Origin: an uncultured Bacilli bacterium
GTDB lineage: Bacteria > Bacillota_I > Bacilli_A > RFN20 > CAG-826
Assembly: GCA_944369075.1 (NCBI GenBank)
Contig: CALVXK010000006.1
Span: 11,380-75,379, forward strand
Direction of reading: 5' to 3'
Length of the DNA stretch: 64,000 bases
Positions 1 to 9,577 of the stretch are shown here, in pieces. Below the pieces are notes generated by a model. That model ran no database searches. It saw only the letters and a list, made by a program, of their open reading frames with translations, and was not told where the DNA came from. Each line of letters begins with the position of its first letter. The stretch's first letter is position 1. A program made the position numbers and the translations under genes.

Positions 1-512
1 GCTCCAGTTGGTTCGTCTGCTAAAATAATATCTGGATCATTAATCAAAGCACGAGCAATAGACACTCTTTGTTGTTGGCCACCAGACATTTCTGTTGGAT
101 ACTTGTGTCCTTGTCCACTTAATCCAACTTTTGCAAGAACTTCATCACACTTAGCTCTTCTTTTACTTCTTTCATAACCATCAATTTTTAAAGCTATTTC
201 AAGGTTTTCATAAACTGTTAAATGGTTAACTAAATTATAGTGTTGAAAGACAAAGCCAATCTTTTTAGATCTATAATTATCCCAGTCATTACTTTTAAAC
301 TCTTTTGTTGAGACTCCATCGATAATTAAGTCTCCTTCAGTATATCTATCAAGACCACCAATAATATTAAGTAGAGTTGATTTACCAGAACCAGATGGCC
401 CTAAAATACAGCAAAATTGAGAATCAGGAAAAGACACATTTATGTTCTTTAAAGCATAAAATTTTGTTTCTTTTTCACCATATACTTTTGAAATATTCTT
501 AAGTTCGAGCAT
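1..512 (-). CDS. ABC transporter ATP-binding protein, MacB/FtsE/LolD-like (C-terminus runs off the window)
   Basis: My own minus-strand translation from the ATG (complement of 510-512) gives MLELKNISKVYGEKETKFYALKNINVSFPDSQFCCILGPSGSGKSTLLNIIGGLD...EMSGGQQQRVSIARALINDPDIILADEPTG. It shows Walker A, the Q-loop region, the signature motif and the start of Walker B. It is absent from the ORF track because no stop codon lies inside the window. Confidence 0.85.
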   Translation of the reverse strand, partial: MLELKNISKVYGEKETKFYALKNINVSFPDSQFCCILGPSGSGKSTLLNIIGGLDRYTEGDLIIDGVSTKEFKSNDWDNYRSKKIGFVFQHYNLVNHLTVYENLEIALKIDGYERSKRRAKCDEVLAKVGLSGQGHKYPTEMSGGQQQRVSIARALINDPDIILADEPTG

Positions 513-633
513 ACTAATATTATGATTACATTTTATAAAAAATAAAAGAAATATTTTTCAACACGATGTAAAATTTTTTGACATTGTTAAATAAAAATTG
601 TCAATATAAGATAATTATCGAATAAATGTGTTT

Positions 634-1086
634 TTAAAATCTTTTGGTTTTAAAGAATTCTTTTAGAATATTAGAGCACTCTTTTTCTTTTACACCATCT
701 ATTAATTCAATCTTATTTTCAAACAGTAAATCTTTAAACATTCTAAAGTCAAAACCACTATCATCATCGTAAGTTCCGATAACTAGTTTATTAATTCTAG
801 AAGAAATTATCGCCCCAAGGCACATTAAACAAGGAGATAATGTCACAACCATAGTACACTTATCTAATCTCCGATTTTTTCTTAACTTAGAAGCCTCTTT
901 TATTGCGATTATTTCAGCATGTAAAGTAACATCTTGTTCTTTTTCTTTCTGATTATATCCTCTAGAAATTATATTGTTATTTTCATCTAAAATCACGCAC
1001 CCTACAGGCACATCATTATTATTAAAGGCTTTTTTAGCTTCTTCTAAAGCTAAATCCATATATTTTTCGTAATCTTTTTTCATCAT
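634..1086 (-). CDS. tadA: tRNA-specific adenosine deaminase
   Basis: 150 aa with zinc deaminase motifs HAEIIAI and SPCLMCLGAI. It sits next to the SRP RNA gene, as tadA and scr do in Bacillus. Confidence 0.9.
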   Translation of the reverse strand: MMKKDYEKYMDLALEEAKKAFNNNDVPVGCVILDENNNIISRGYNQKEKEQDVTLHAEIIAIKEASKLRKNRRLDKCTMVVTLSPCLMCLGAIISSRINKLVIGTYDDDSGFDFRMFKDLLFENKIELIDGVKEKECSNILKEFFKTKRF

Positions 1087-1102
1087 AACTTAAATAAAAA
1101 AA

Positions 1103-1181
1103 CCGTCGCACATTCAATGGATCTACTTATGGCTGCTATGTTCCCATCCTGACCAGGTTCGTAGTATTGAATCGCAACGGC
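1103..1181 (-). ncRNA. ffs: small (4.5S-type) signal recognition particle RNA
   Basis: The minus strand reads CCGTTGCGATTCAATACTACGAACCTGGTCAGGATGGGAACATAGCAGCCATAAGTAGATCCATTGAATGTGCGACGG followed by TTTTTTT. The 5' and 3' ends pair (GCGATTCAAT / ATTGAATGTGC). The centre carries the conserved domain IV signature GAACCUGGUCAGG..GGAA..AGCAGCCAUAAG. A TATAAT lies just upstream on the minus strand (complement of about 1187-1192). Confidence 0.85.
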
Positions 1182-1193
1182 TTAAATATTATA

Positions 1194-2474
1194 TTACTTT
1201 TTAATTGGTTTTAAAACAGTTAATCCACCCATAAATGGTCTAAGTACTTCTGGGATAGTAACTGAACCATCTTCATTTTGATATTGCTCTAAAATAGCAG
1301 GGAAAATTCTTGAAGTTGCAAGTCCACTACCATTAAGAGTATGCATATAATGGACTTTACCTTCTTTATCTTTATATCTCATCATGCCTCTTCTTGCTTG
1401 ATAACTTCTAGCATTTGAAACTGAGGAAACTTCTTTATATATATCAAGAGATGGTAAGTAAACTTCAATATCATATGTTCTTGCCATAGAGTGAGAACAA
1501 TCTCCTGCAGCAAGCTTAGAAATTCTAAAGTGTAAACCAAGTTTTTCGACTAAAGTTTTTGCTTTATTAACTAATTCTTCAAATGCTCTATCGGAGTCAT
1601 TATCAGCAGTATATTCAACCATTTCAACTTTATTAAATTGATAACCTCTAATCATTCCTCTTTCTTCAACTCTATTTGTTCCAGCTTCTTTTCTATAGCA
1701 AGGAGTATAAGCAAAGAATTTCTTTGGAAGTTCTTCTTCCTTTAAAATTTCACCTCTATAATAATTTACTAAGGCTGTTTCAGCTGTAGGAAGCATAAAT
1801 TTAAATTGTTCTGGTAAATCAAGTTTAAAAATATCATTTTCAAATTTAGGGAATTGTCCAGCAGTAAATCCACTTTCATAATTTAAGATATGTGGAGGTA
1901 ACATAAAGGTAAAACCGTCTTTTAAATGCTCAGAAATAAAGAAATTTAAAATAGCCCATTCAAGTTGTGCACCTAAGCCAGTATAAAACCATGTACCAGC
2001 TCCAGAAACCTTAGCGCCTCTTTCATAATCAATTAAACCAAGAGATTCTTCTAATGTAACATGATCTTTTAATTTAAATGAAAAAGTTGGTTTTTCTTTA
2101 TAATAATATATAGGTTTATTGTTTTCTTTTTCACCAGGTAAAAGATCTTTATCTGGTAAATTTGGTAGAGCAACTAAAACATCGTAAATTTCTTTTTCTA
2201 AAACAGCTAATTTATCTTCATTTGCCTTGTTTTCAGCAGCTAATTCTTTAACTTTTGCAAAAATCGCATTAACATCTCCGCCTTCTTTTTTTACTTGTGG
2301 AACGGATTTAGAAAGTTTATTTTGTTCAGCTTTGTTTAATTCAACACTTCTTTGAATAGCTCTTTTTTGAAGCAATTGTTCACATAATGTATCAATATCA
2401 GCTTCGTAACCTTTATTTTTAAGTAAGGTTTTAACTTCTTCTTTATTCTCTAATATATAATTAATATCTAACAT
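1194..2474 (-). CDS. serS: seryl-tRNA synthetase
   Basis: 426 aa with an N-terminal coiled-coil arm and a class II core (e.g. FFAYTPCYRKEAG, TLNGSGLATSR). Confidence 0.95.
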   Translation of the reverse strand: MLDINYILENKEEVKTLLKNKGYEADIDTLCEQLLQKRAIQRSVELNKAEQNKLSKSVPQVKKEGGDVNAIFAKVKELAAENKANEDKLAVLEKEIYDVLVALPNLPDKDLLPGEKENNKPIYYYKEKPTFSFKLKDHVTLEESLGLIDYERGAKVSGAGTWFYTGLGAQLEWAILNFFISEHLKDGFTFMLPPHILNYESGFTAGQFPKFENDIFKLDLPEQFKFMLPTAETALVNYYRGEILKEEELPKKFFAYTPCYRKEAGTNRVEERGMIRGYQFNKVEMVEYTADNDSDRAFEELVNKAKTLVEKLGLHFRISKLAAGDCSHSMARTYDIEVYLPSLDIYKEVSSVSNARSYQARRGMMRYKDKEGKVHYMHTLNGSGLATSRIFPAILEQYQNEDGSVTIPEVLRPFMGGLTVLKPIKK

Positions 2475-3512
2475 TTAGTTTTCCTCCAAGACTTCTTTAT
2501 ATATTTTTAATAATTTTTCACTTTGTTCTTTAAAGTTAATATCTTTTGAAAATTTAATTCCACCATCGATTGTTGAAGGTAATAATCCATTAAAATATTG
2601 ATTAAGACCTTTTTTTAAATCAGCAAAATTATTATAGGTATAACAATTCTCTTTATCAATCGCAATATCACTAAAAGACGAAGAATTTAGCGTTAAAATT
2701 TGAGTTTTCGAAAACATTGCATCAATTAACTCTTGATCATTTCCATATGTTGTAGATAAGTTTATAAAAACTTTAGCATTATAAAATAAAGAAGCATAAA
2801 TATCGTCATCAATAATATTTGTTAATCGGATATTTGTTAATTTTTCATCAAATATTTTTTTAGCTTTTATAAAGAAATTTTTATTAATATCTTTTGTTGT
2901 TAATAAAACAAACTTTAACATAGGAAAAGATAAAGCGAGATTATTAACATAATTTAAAGCTATATAATCTTCATAAGATAAGGATAAAACAACTATATAA
3001 GAATCTTCATTAATACCTAAATATCTAAAAATAGCTTTATTTAAAACATTGTTTTTTAAATCATATTTAATAGACCTAACTGGATTAAAAAAAGTATATA
3101 TTTCAGTTGTTATTCCGTTTGCAAGTAAAAATTCCTTAGCTTTTAAAGATGGTACTAATACTCCATCAGCTCTATTAATTTCTTCAACATCACTTTTTTC
3201 AATAAAATAAATTACTTCATTTTCATTATTTTCTTTTTTACCCTTAATTATTCTTAAATTGGGGTCCTCTTCACAAGAAAGTAAAGAAATTACTTTCTTA
3301 ACACTCTTTTTTATTTCTTTAGAATAATGGGAAAAATCGTTTACTGAAAAGAAATGAATTAGATCAAAAGTTTCATCAGAAAAAGATATTGTATAGTTTA
3401 CATTTTGTAAATCTAAACATTGTTCGATACAATTTTTAATCTTTAAAAGTTCAAAACTATCACTATAAAATTTATTTTCAAAAACTAAAGGATACATTCT
3501 ATAAATCTTCAC
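2475..3512 (-). CDS. GT-B fold (GT4-like) glycosyltransferase homologue with a degenerate EX7E motif
   Basis: 345 aa. The layout matches GT4 enzymes (ADGVLVPSLKAKEFLLANGI..., LGINEDSYIVVLSL, KFVLLT, DIYASLFYNAKVFINLSTTYGNDQELIDAMFSKTQIL), but both glutamates of EX7E appear to be replaced. It is tightly packed between gyrA (14-nt overlap) and serS (0-nt gap). Confidence 0.4.
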   Translation of the reverse strand: MKIYRMYPLVFENKFYSDSFELLKIKNCIEQCLDLQNVNYTISFSDETFDLIHFFSVNDFSHYSKEIKKSVKKVISLLSCEEDPNLRIIKGKKENNENEVIYFIEKSDVEEINRADGVLVPSLKAKEFLLANGITTEIYTFFNPVRSIKYDLKNNVLNKAIFRYLGINEDSYIVVLSLSYEDYIALNYVNNLALSFPMLKFVLLTTKDINKNFFIKAKKIFDEKLTNIRLTNIIDDDIYASLFYNAKVFINLSTTYGNDQELIDAMFSKTQILTLNSSSFSDIAIDKENCYTYNNFADLKKGLNQYFNGLLPSTIDGGIKFSKDINFKEQSEKLLKIYKEVLEEN

Positions 3513-6036
3513 CTACATCTTCATAAGATGTTTCTTCACTTTCGTTCATTGATAAATCATCATCGTTTTCATTAACAACTTCTTCATCTTCTTCATGAGG
3601 AACAATAGTGATTGAAATTACTTTATCATTATCGTTTTTAAAGTTAACCATCTTTACGCCTTGAGAATTTCTACCACAAATTCTAACATCACTTAAAGCT
3701 GCTCTAACAACTAAGCCATCTTTTGTAATAGTAACATAATCTTCATCACCATTAACTACTTTCATAGCACATAAATCACCAGTTTTTTCAGTAATTTTGA
3801 TTGTTTTTACACCTTTAGAATTACGTTTTGTTTCACGATAATCATCAATAGGAGAAAGTTTACCTAAACCGTTTTCACTTGTTACTAGAACTAAGTTACC
3901 TTCATTTGATGTTGCAAGCGAAATAAGATTAGCTCCTTCAAGTTTCATACCGAAAACACCATGAGATGTTCTTCCACTAACTCTAATTTGTTCTTCTTTG
4001 AACATACAAAGTTGTCCATTACTTGCAGCAAGAAGAATTTTTGCATTACCATCAGTGACTTTTACATCTAATAAGGTATCATCTTCATTAAATTTGATAG
4101 CATATTTACCATTTGAATTAATTTTAATAAATTCTTCTAATTTAGTTCTTTTAACAAGTCCTTTTTTAGTTGCAAAGAATAAATATTTATTTTCATATTC
4201 ACTAGCAGGAACAATCGAAATAATATTTTCACCTTTATCTAAATTTAAAATATTAACTAAATTAACTCCTTTTGAAGTTCTACTTCCTTCAGGAATTGAA
4301 TAGCCCTTGATTCTATAAACTTTACCAAAATTAGAGAAAAGTAAAATATCAGTATGAGTATTGGAATAGATTATTTTATTAACTTCATCGTCCTCATAAG
4401 AAGTTAAGCCTTTAACACCTTTGCCACCTCTTCTTTGTCTTTTAAAATCAGAAATTGGCATTCTTTTAATGTAACCTTTATTCGTTAAAGTGAAGACTAC
4501 ATCTTCTTCAGGAATTAAATCTTCATCATCAATTGAAACAATTTGATTAGAGATTTCACTCTTCCTATCATCACCATATTTTTCTTTAATATCTAATAAT
4601 TCCTTTTCCATTACATCTAAAATGTTTTCACGTGATTCAAGAATATGATGATAAGATTCGATATTTTTCTCAAGTTGTGTTTTTTCATCAATAAGTTTTG
4701 TAGCTTCAAGATGAGTTAATCTACCAAGTTGTAAAACAAAGATTGCTTCAGCTTGAGCAGTTGAGAAATGGAACTCAGATTCAGTTGCTCTTTTAATGAA
4801 ATCTTCTTTATTTTCACTAGCTTTAACCATTGCAACAACTTCATCAATATTATCTCTGCAAATTAATAAACCTTCTAAAATATGCTTTCTTTTTTCATCA
4901 CGATCTAAAAGGAAAATAGTTCTTTTTTCAATTATTTCAGCTTGGAAATCAATATAGTTTTGGAGTAATTCTTTTAAAGATAAGACTTTAGGAACTCCAT
5001 TTACAATTGCTAAATTTATAATTCCATAAGAAATTTCAAGTTGGGTATTTTTGAATAATTGATTAAGTATAAGTGTTGGTATAGCATCTTTTTTACATTC
5101 AATCTCAATATCAACATCAGCTTTTGAGAAATCTTTAATCGAAGTTATACCTTCAATCTTTTTATCTCTATAAAGTTCACCAATATGTTTTACAATAGAT
5201 GATTTAATTACTTGATAAGGAATTTCGCGAATAATAATTGTGCTTCTTCCATCTTTCTTTTCAACTATTTCTGTTTTTGCTCTAAGTCTAAAAGTTCCTT
5301 TACCAGTTGCATAAGCTTCTCTAATTCCGTTTAAGCCATAAATAATACCACCAGTAGGAAAATCTGGACCCTTAATATATTTCATTAATTCTTCGACACT
5401 TATATCAGGATTTTTTCTATAAGCAATAATTCCATCAACAACTTCTCTTAAATTGTGTGGAGGCATTTTAGTTGCCATACCAACAGCAATTCCATCACTT
5501 CCATTGACAAGTAAATTAGGGAAGTGAGTAGGTAAAACTGTAGGCTCAATTTCAGTACCATCATAGTTTGGGGAAAAATCTACCGTATTGTATTTAATAT
5601 CCCTAACCATTTCTAGAGATAATTTCTTTAATCTAGCTTCGGTATATCTTTCTGCAGCAGCTTCATCTCCATCCATTGTACCAAAGTTACCATGTCCATC
5701 AATAAGAGGGTATCTCATTGAAAAATATTGGGCTAATCTAACTAATGCTGTATAAATTGATGAATTACCATGTGGGTGATATTTACCCATGACTTCACCA
5801 GTGATTTTAGCTGATTTAACATAAGGTTTATCAGGTGTATAACCACTTTCATTCATTGAATATATAATTCTTCTATTAACAGGTTTTAAGCCATCTCTTA
5901 CATCAGGAAGAGCTCTTGAAACAATAACACTCATTGCGTAGTCTAGAAATGAGTTTTTAACTTGTTCAGTAATTTCTTCATCTTTTAAAGATGGTGTAAT
6001 ACCACTTTCTATAACGTCTTTTACTTCTTCTGACAT
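3499..6036 (-). CDS. gyrA: DNA gyrase subunit A
   Basis: 845 aa with the AMSVIVSRALPDVRDGLKPVNRR and YHPHG motifs, the active-site region AAERYTEARL, C-terminal beta-pinwheel repeats and an acidic tail. Confidence 0.97.
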   Translation of the reverse strand: MSEEVKDVIESGITPSLKDEEITEQVKNSFLDYAMSVIVSRALPDVRDGLKPVNRRIIYSMNESGYTPDKPYVKSAKITGEVMGKYHPHGNSSIYTALVRLAQYFSMRYPLIDGHGNFGTMDGDEAAAERYTEARLKKLSLEMVRDIKYNTVDFSPNYDGTEIEPTVLPTHFPNLLVNGSDGIAVGMATKMPPHNLREVVDGIIAYRKNPDISVEELMKYIKGPDFPTGGIIYGLNGIREAYATGKGTFRLRAKTEIVEKKDGRSTIIIREIPYQVIKSSIVKHIGELYRDKKIEGITSIKDFSKADVDIEIECKKDAIPTLILNQLFKNTQLEISYGIINLAIVNGVPKVLSLKELLQNYIDFQAEIIEKRTIFLLDRDEKRKHILEGLLICRDNIDEVVAMVKASENKEDFIKRATESEFHFSTAQAEAIFVLQLGRLTHLEATKLIDEKTQLEKNIESYHHILESRENILDVMEKELLDIKEKYGDDRKSEISNQIVSIDDEDLIPEEDVVFTLTNKGYIKRMPISDFKRQRRGGKGVKGLTSYEDDEVNKIIYSNTHTDILLFSNFGKVYRIKGYSIPEGSRTSKGVNLVNILNLDKGENIISIVPASEYENKYLFFATKKGLVKRTKLEEFIKINSNGKYAIKFNEDDTLLDVKVTDGNAKILLAASNGQLCMFKEEQIRVSGRTSHGVFGMKLEGANLISLATSNEGNLVLVTSENGLGKLSPIDDYRETKRNSKGVKTIKITEKTGDLCAMKVVNGDEDYVTITKDGLVVRAALSDVRICGRNSQGVKMVNFKNDNDKVISITIVPHEEDEEVVNENDDDLSMNESEETSYEDVGEDL

Positions 6037-6058
6037 ATTAAACTCCTTTTTCTAAACA

Positions 6059-8167
6059 TTAAATGTCAAGATTTTTAACAAATTGAGCATTTTCACGGAT
6101 AAATTCTCTACGTGGTTCAACTTCTTCACCCATAAGTTCATCAAATATTGAATCAGCTGTAATAGCATCATCAACTGTTACTCTTAACATTTTTCTTACT
6201 CCTGGTTTCATGGTTGTTTCTTCAAGTTGATCAGGATCCATTTCACCAAGACCTTTATATCTTTGCATTGGATAGTTATCTTTTAAATTTAAATCTTTTC
6301 TAATTTTAAGTAATTCTTCTTCTCTATATGCATAGTAATCTTTTCCTTTATATTGAACTTTATATAAAGGTGGTTGAGCAATATAGACAAAGCCTTTTTC
6401 AATTAATGGTTTCATAAAGCGGTTAAAGAATGTTAAAAGCAAAATTCTAATATGAGAACCATCAACATCAGCATCTGTCATAATGATTATTTTGTGATAT
6501 CTAATTTTACTTACATCAAAACTATCACCATAACCACCGCCTATTGCAGTAATCATGTTACCAATTTCAGCATTTTCTAAAATTTTATGATCTTGTGCTT
6601 TTTGAACATTTAAAATTTTACCTCTTAAAGGAAGAATAGCTTGAATTTTAGGATCTCTACCTAGCTTTGCACTACCACCAGCAGAATTACCCTCAACGAT
6701 AAATAATTCACATTCTCTAGGATCATTACTTGAACAATCAGCAAGTTTTCCTGGTAAAGTTGTAATTTCTAATCCTGTTTTCTTCTTTAATTGGCTTGAA
6801 TAAGCAGCCATTTTAAGTCTGTAATCATAATTTGTTCTAATTTTAGTAAGAATTACAGTAGAAATTTGCTTATTTTCGTTTAAATATCTTTCTAAAGCCT
6901 CACCAACGACATTAGAAACAATTTTCTTAACTTCGACGTTACCAAGTTTACCTTTGGTTTGGCCTTCGTATTGTGGGTTAGGATGCTTAACTGAAATTAT
7001 TGCAGTTAAACCTTTTCTACAATCTTCAGCAACTATCTTTTCCTTATCATTTTTCTTTAAAAAATTATTATTTCTTGCGTAGTTATTAAATACTCTAGCA
7101 ATAGCAAGATTAAAACCTTCAACGTGTGTACCACCATTTCCAGTTGCAACGTTATTGCAGAAAGAATAAATGTTAATATTATCTTGATTACAATATTGCA
7201 TTGCTACTTCAACAATAATTTCATATTTATTACTTTCATCTTTAAAAATTTGTGCGTTATGACAATAAAAAACACTATCGACTAATTTTTCTGATTTTCT
7301 ATCTAAGTAGTCTACATATTCGATGATTCCGCCTTTATAACAGAATTCTTCGTGTTTATTTGGTTCAACTCTTTTATCGGTTAAAGTAATGGTAATTCCT
7401 TTATTTAAGAAAGCCATTTGTCTTAATCTAGTTAAAATTGTATCGTAATTAAATTCAGTAGTTTCAGTAAAAATAGTTGGATCAGGTTTAAAAGTAACTT
7501 TAGTTCCGTGTAAGGAAGAATCTCCAACACGACGTAAATGTTCAACTATATGGCCGCCATTTTCAAAACGAATGTAATATTCTCCACCATCTCTATAAAC
7601 AGTTACTTCACACCAAGAAGATAAGCCATTAACTACAGATGCACCGACACCATGTAAACCACCAGAAAATTTATAACCATCGTTATAACCAAATTTTCCA
7701 CCAGCATGAAGAACAGTATAAACAGTTTCAACGCCAGAAAGACCAGTTTTTTCAACCGTATCAACTGGAATACCACGTCCATTATCAACTACAGTAATAG
7801 AATTATCTTGATTAATAGTAACATCAATTCTATCACAATAACCTGCTAATGCTTCATCAATACCATTATCAACAATTTCCCAAACAAGGTGATGTAAACC
7901 TGTTACGGAAGTTGTTCCAATATACATACCTGGTCTCATTCTAACAGCTTCAAGACCATCAAGAACAGTTAAATCTGATGAATCATAATTTGCACTACCT
8001 TTTTCTAAAGCAGTTTCATCATTAATTTCAATGATATTATTACTAATTTTTCTATCTAATTCTTTTTCTGTATCAGAAAAACCTTCATCTTCAGAAATTT
8101 TTAAATCTTCTTCATTAAGTTCGTCTTCGTTTTCAACTATGTTTTCTTCCTTTTTCTTGTCTTCCAT
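6059..8167 (-). CDS. gyrB: DNA gyrase subunit B (with an acidic N-terminal extension of about 60 aa)
   Basis: 702 aa with LEAVRMRPGMYIG, a GHKL ATPase domain, Toprim EGNSAGGSA, the PLRGKILNV motif and IMTDADVDGSHI. Confidence 0.97.
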   Translation of the reverse strand: MEDKKKEENIVENEDELNEEDLKISEDEGFSDTEKELDRKISNNIIEINDETALEKGSANYDSSDLTVLDGLEAVRMRPGMYIGTTSVTGLHHLVWEIVDNGIDEALAGYCDRIDVTINQDNSITVVDNGRGIPVDTVEKTGLSGVETVYTVLHAGGKFGYNDGYKFSGGLHGVGASVVNGLSSWCEVTVYRDGGEYYIRFENGGHIVEHLRRVGDSSLHGTKVTFKPDPTIFTETTEFNYDTILTRLRQMAFLNKGITITLTDKRVEPNKHEEFCYKGGIIEYVDYLDRKSEKLVDSVFYCHNAQIFKDESNKYEIIVEVAMQYCNQDNINIYSFCNNVATGNGGTHVEGFNLAIARVFNNYARNNNFLKKNDKEKIVAEDCRKGLTAIISVKHPNPQYEGQTKGKLGNVEVKKIVSNVVGEALERYLNENKQISTVILTKIRTNYDYRLKMAAYSSQLKKKTGLEITTLPGKLADCSSNDPRECELFIVEGNSAGGSAKLGRDPKIQAILPLRGKILNVQKAQDHKILENAEIGNMITAIGGGYGDSFDVSKIRYHKIIIMTDADVDGSHIRILLLTFFNRFMKPLIEKGFVYIAQPPLYKVQYKGKDYYAYREEELLKIRKDLNLKDNYPMQRYKGLGEMDPDQLEETTMKPGVRKMLRVTVDDAITADSIFDELMGEEVEPRREFIRENAQFVKNLDI

Positions 8168-8176
8168 AGAAACCCC

Positions 8177-9247
8177 CTAATTTATACTTACTCCCTTATC
8201 ACTAATTAGATAATAAGTTAGATTTGAATCGTTAATTTTATTTGTAGATGTAATAAAAACTTGTTTAAAATCCTTTAAAAAACCTATAAATTTAAGTTTT
8301 CTGGCGCTATCTAATTCGCTTAAAACATCATCTAGAATGATAATAGGTTTTTTATTTTCATCTTCAATTAAGAAATATGGTGTTAATTTTAAAGCTAATA
8401 TAGCTGTTCTATTTTCGCCTTGAGATCCAAAATAAGATAGATTTTTATCATTTAAAGTAAGATAAATATCTTCTAAATGAATTCCTTCAGTTGTTCGTTG
8501 ATATTTCTTATCATTTTCTAGATTGGATGAGTACTTTTCCTTAAAAACTGATAAATAATTTTCACTTTCATTAATGTAAGGAACATAATGAAGAGTAACT
8601 TTTTCATTATTGCCACTAATTTTTGTGTAGATTTTAGAAAGATGATTATTTAACTTCAAAATATATTTCTTTCGAATTTTATATATATAGAACGAAAATG
8701 TAGCCATTTGCTCATCATAGATTTTTAATAAATTGTCATCAAAATTTTCTTGTTTAAGTAAATCATTTCGTTCTTTCAAAACTTTTTCATAATTTTGTAA
8801 GTTAAAGAGATAATCTTTATCAAATTTTGAGATAGATAAGTCTAGAAAGGATCTTCGCGCTTTTGGACTTTCTTTGAATAAATTTACTTCTTTTGGAATA
8901 AAATAAATAATATTAATTAAATTACTAAGTTCTGAGATTTTCGTAATATTTTTATTATTAACTAATATTATTTTTCCGTTTTTTGATATTTGAATATCGA
9001 TTTTATATTTCATTAATCCTTCATTAAATATTCCATTAATCACAGAAAATTCATTATTAAACTTAATTAATTGAGAATAATTACTTGTTCGAAAACTTTT
9101 TGTTAGATAGAAAAAATAGATTGCTTCAACAATATTTGTTTTACCACTTCCATTTTTTCCATACAAAAAATTTATTCCTTTGTTAAAACGAATATTTAAT
9201 GTTTCAAAATTTCTAAAATTATTCAGTTTTAAAGATTCTATTATCAT
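8177..9247 (-). CDS. recF: DNA replication/repair protein RecF
   Basis: 356 aa with Walker A GKNGSGKTN, a C-terminal signature/Walker B region (LILDDVLSELD), and the canonical position between yaaA and gyrB. Confidence 0.93.
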   Translation of the reverse strand: MIIESLKLNNFRNFETLNIRFNKGINFLYGKNGSGKTNIVEAIYFFYLTKSFRTSNYSQLIKFNNEFSVINGIFNEGLMKYKIDIQISKNGKIILVNNKNITKISELSNLINIIYFIPKEVNLFKESPKARRSFLDLSISKFDKDYLFNLQNYEKVLKERNDLLKQENFDDNLLKIYDEQMATFSFYIYKIRKKYILKLNNHLSKIYTKISGNNEKVTLHYVPYINESENYLSVFKEKYSSNLENDKKYQRTTEGIHLEDIYLTLNDKNLSYFGSQGENRTAILALKLTPYFLIEDENKKPIIILDDVLSELDSARKLKFIGFLKDFKQVFITSTNKINDSNLTYYLISDKGVSIN

Positions 9248-9462
9248 TTAGTTATTTCAAAGAACATGGAGTCATCAATTATCACCTTCATACCAAGGTA
9301 AATCTTTTTACCTCTTTGCTTTGTATCAACTCCATCAATTAAAATTGTATGTTCTAAAATATATGATTTTGCTTCTCCACCAAAATCAATGACATCAGCA
9401 AATTTTAAAAGTTGACCTAAGGTTATAAATTCAGTATTAATTTTAACTTTCTTAAAATCCAT
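9244..9462 (-). CDS. yaaA: S4-like RNA-binding protein YaaA
   Basis: 72 aa with an S4-like sequence (ITLGQLLKFADVIDFGGEAKSYI...VDTKQRGKKI). The dnaN-yaaA-recF position matches Bacillus, and the ATGA overlap with recF indicates coupling. Confidence 0.75.
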   Translation of the reverse strand: MDFKKVKINTEFITLGQLLKFADVIDFGGEAKSYILEHTILIDGVDTKQRGKKIYLGMKVIIDDSMFFEITK

Positions 9463-9577
9463 AAAAAACTCCTTTAATATTATATATTAAAGGAAGTTAA
9501 AAATCTATCGATATTTATCAATTTATCAATATTGATTTTTTGAAGAATTTATTTAATTAAAAAGTTTTCACGTGGAA

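Noticed and set aside
3998-4303. Track ORFs lying inside well-supported conserved genes, antisense or in a different frame: 3998-4303, 11881-12084, 14005-14190, 20506-20700, 21001-21213, 25809-26027, 31028-31228, 31785-31970, 32154-32348, 34283-34477, 35952-36218, 36019-36333, 36631-36900, 37527-37769, 39977-40165, 40152-40334, 41313-41498, 45364-45552, 46509-46706, 47971-48228 and 59047-59265.
   Set aside because: Each is fully nested in a longer ORF with unmistakable homology (gyrA, dnaA, yidC, ppdK, ABC, mfd, tilS, ftsH, dusB, pepO and others). Their translations are low-complexity shadow sequences without SD sites, which is typical of frame-shadow ORFs.
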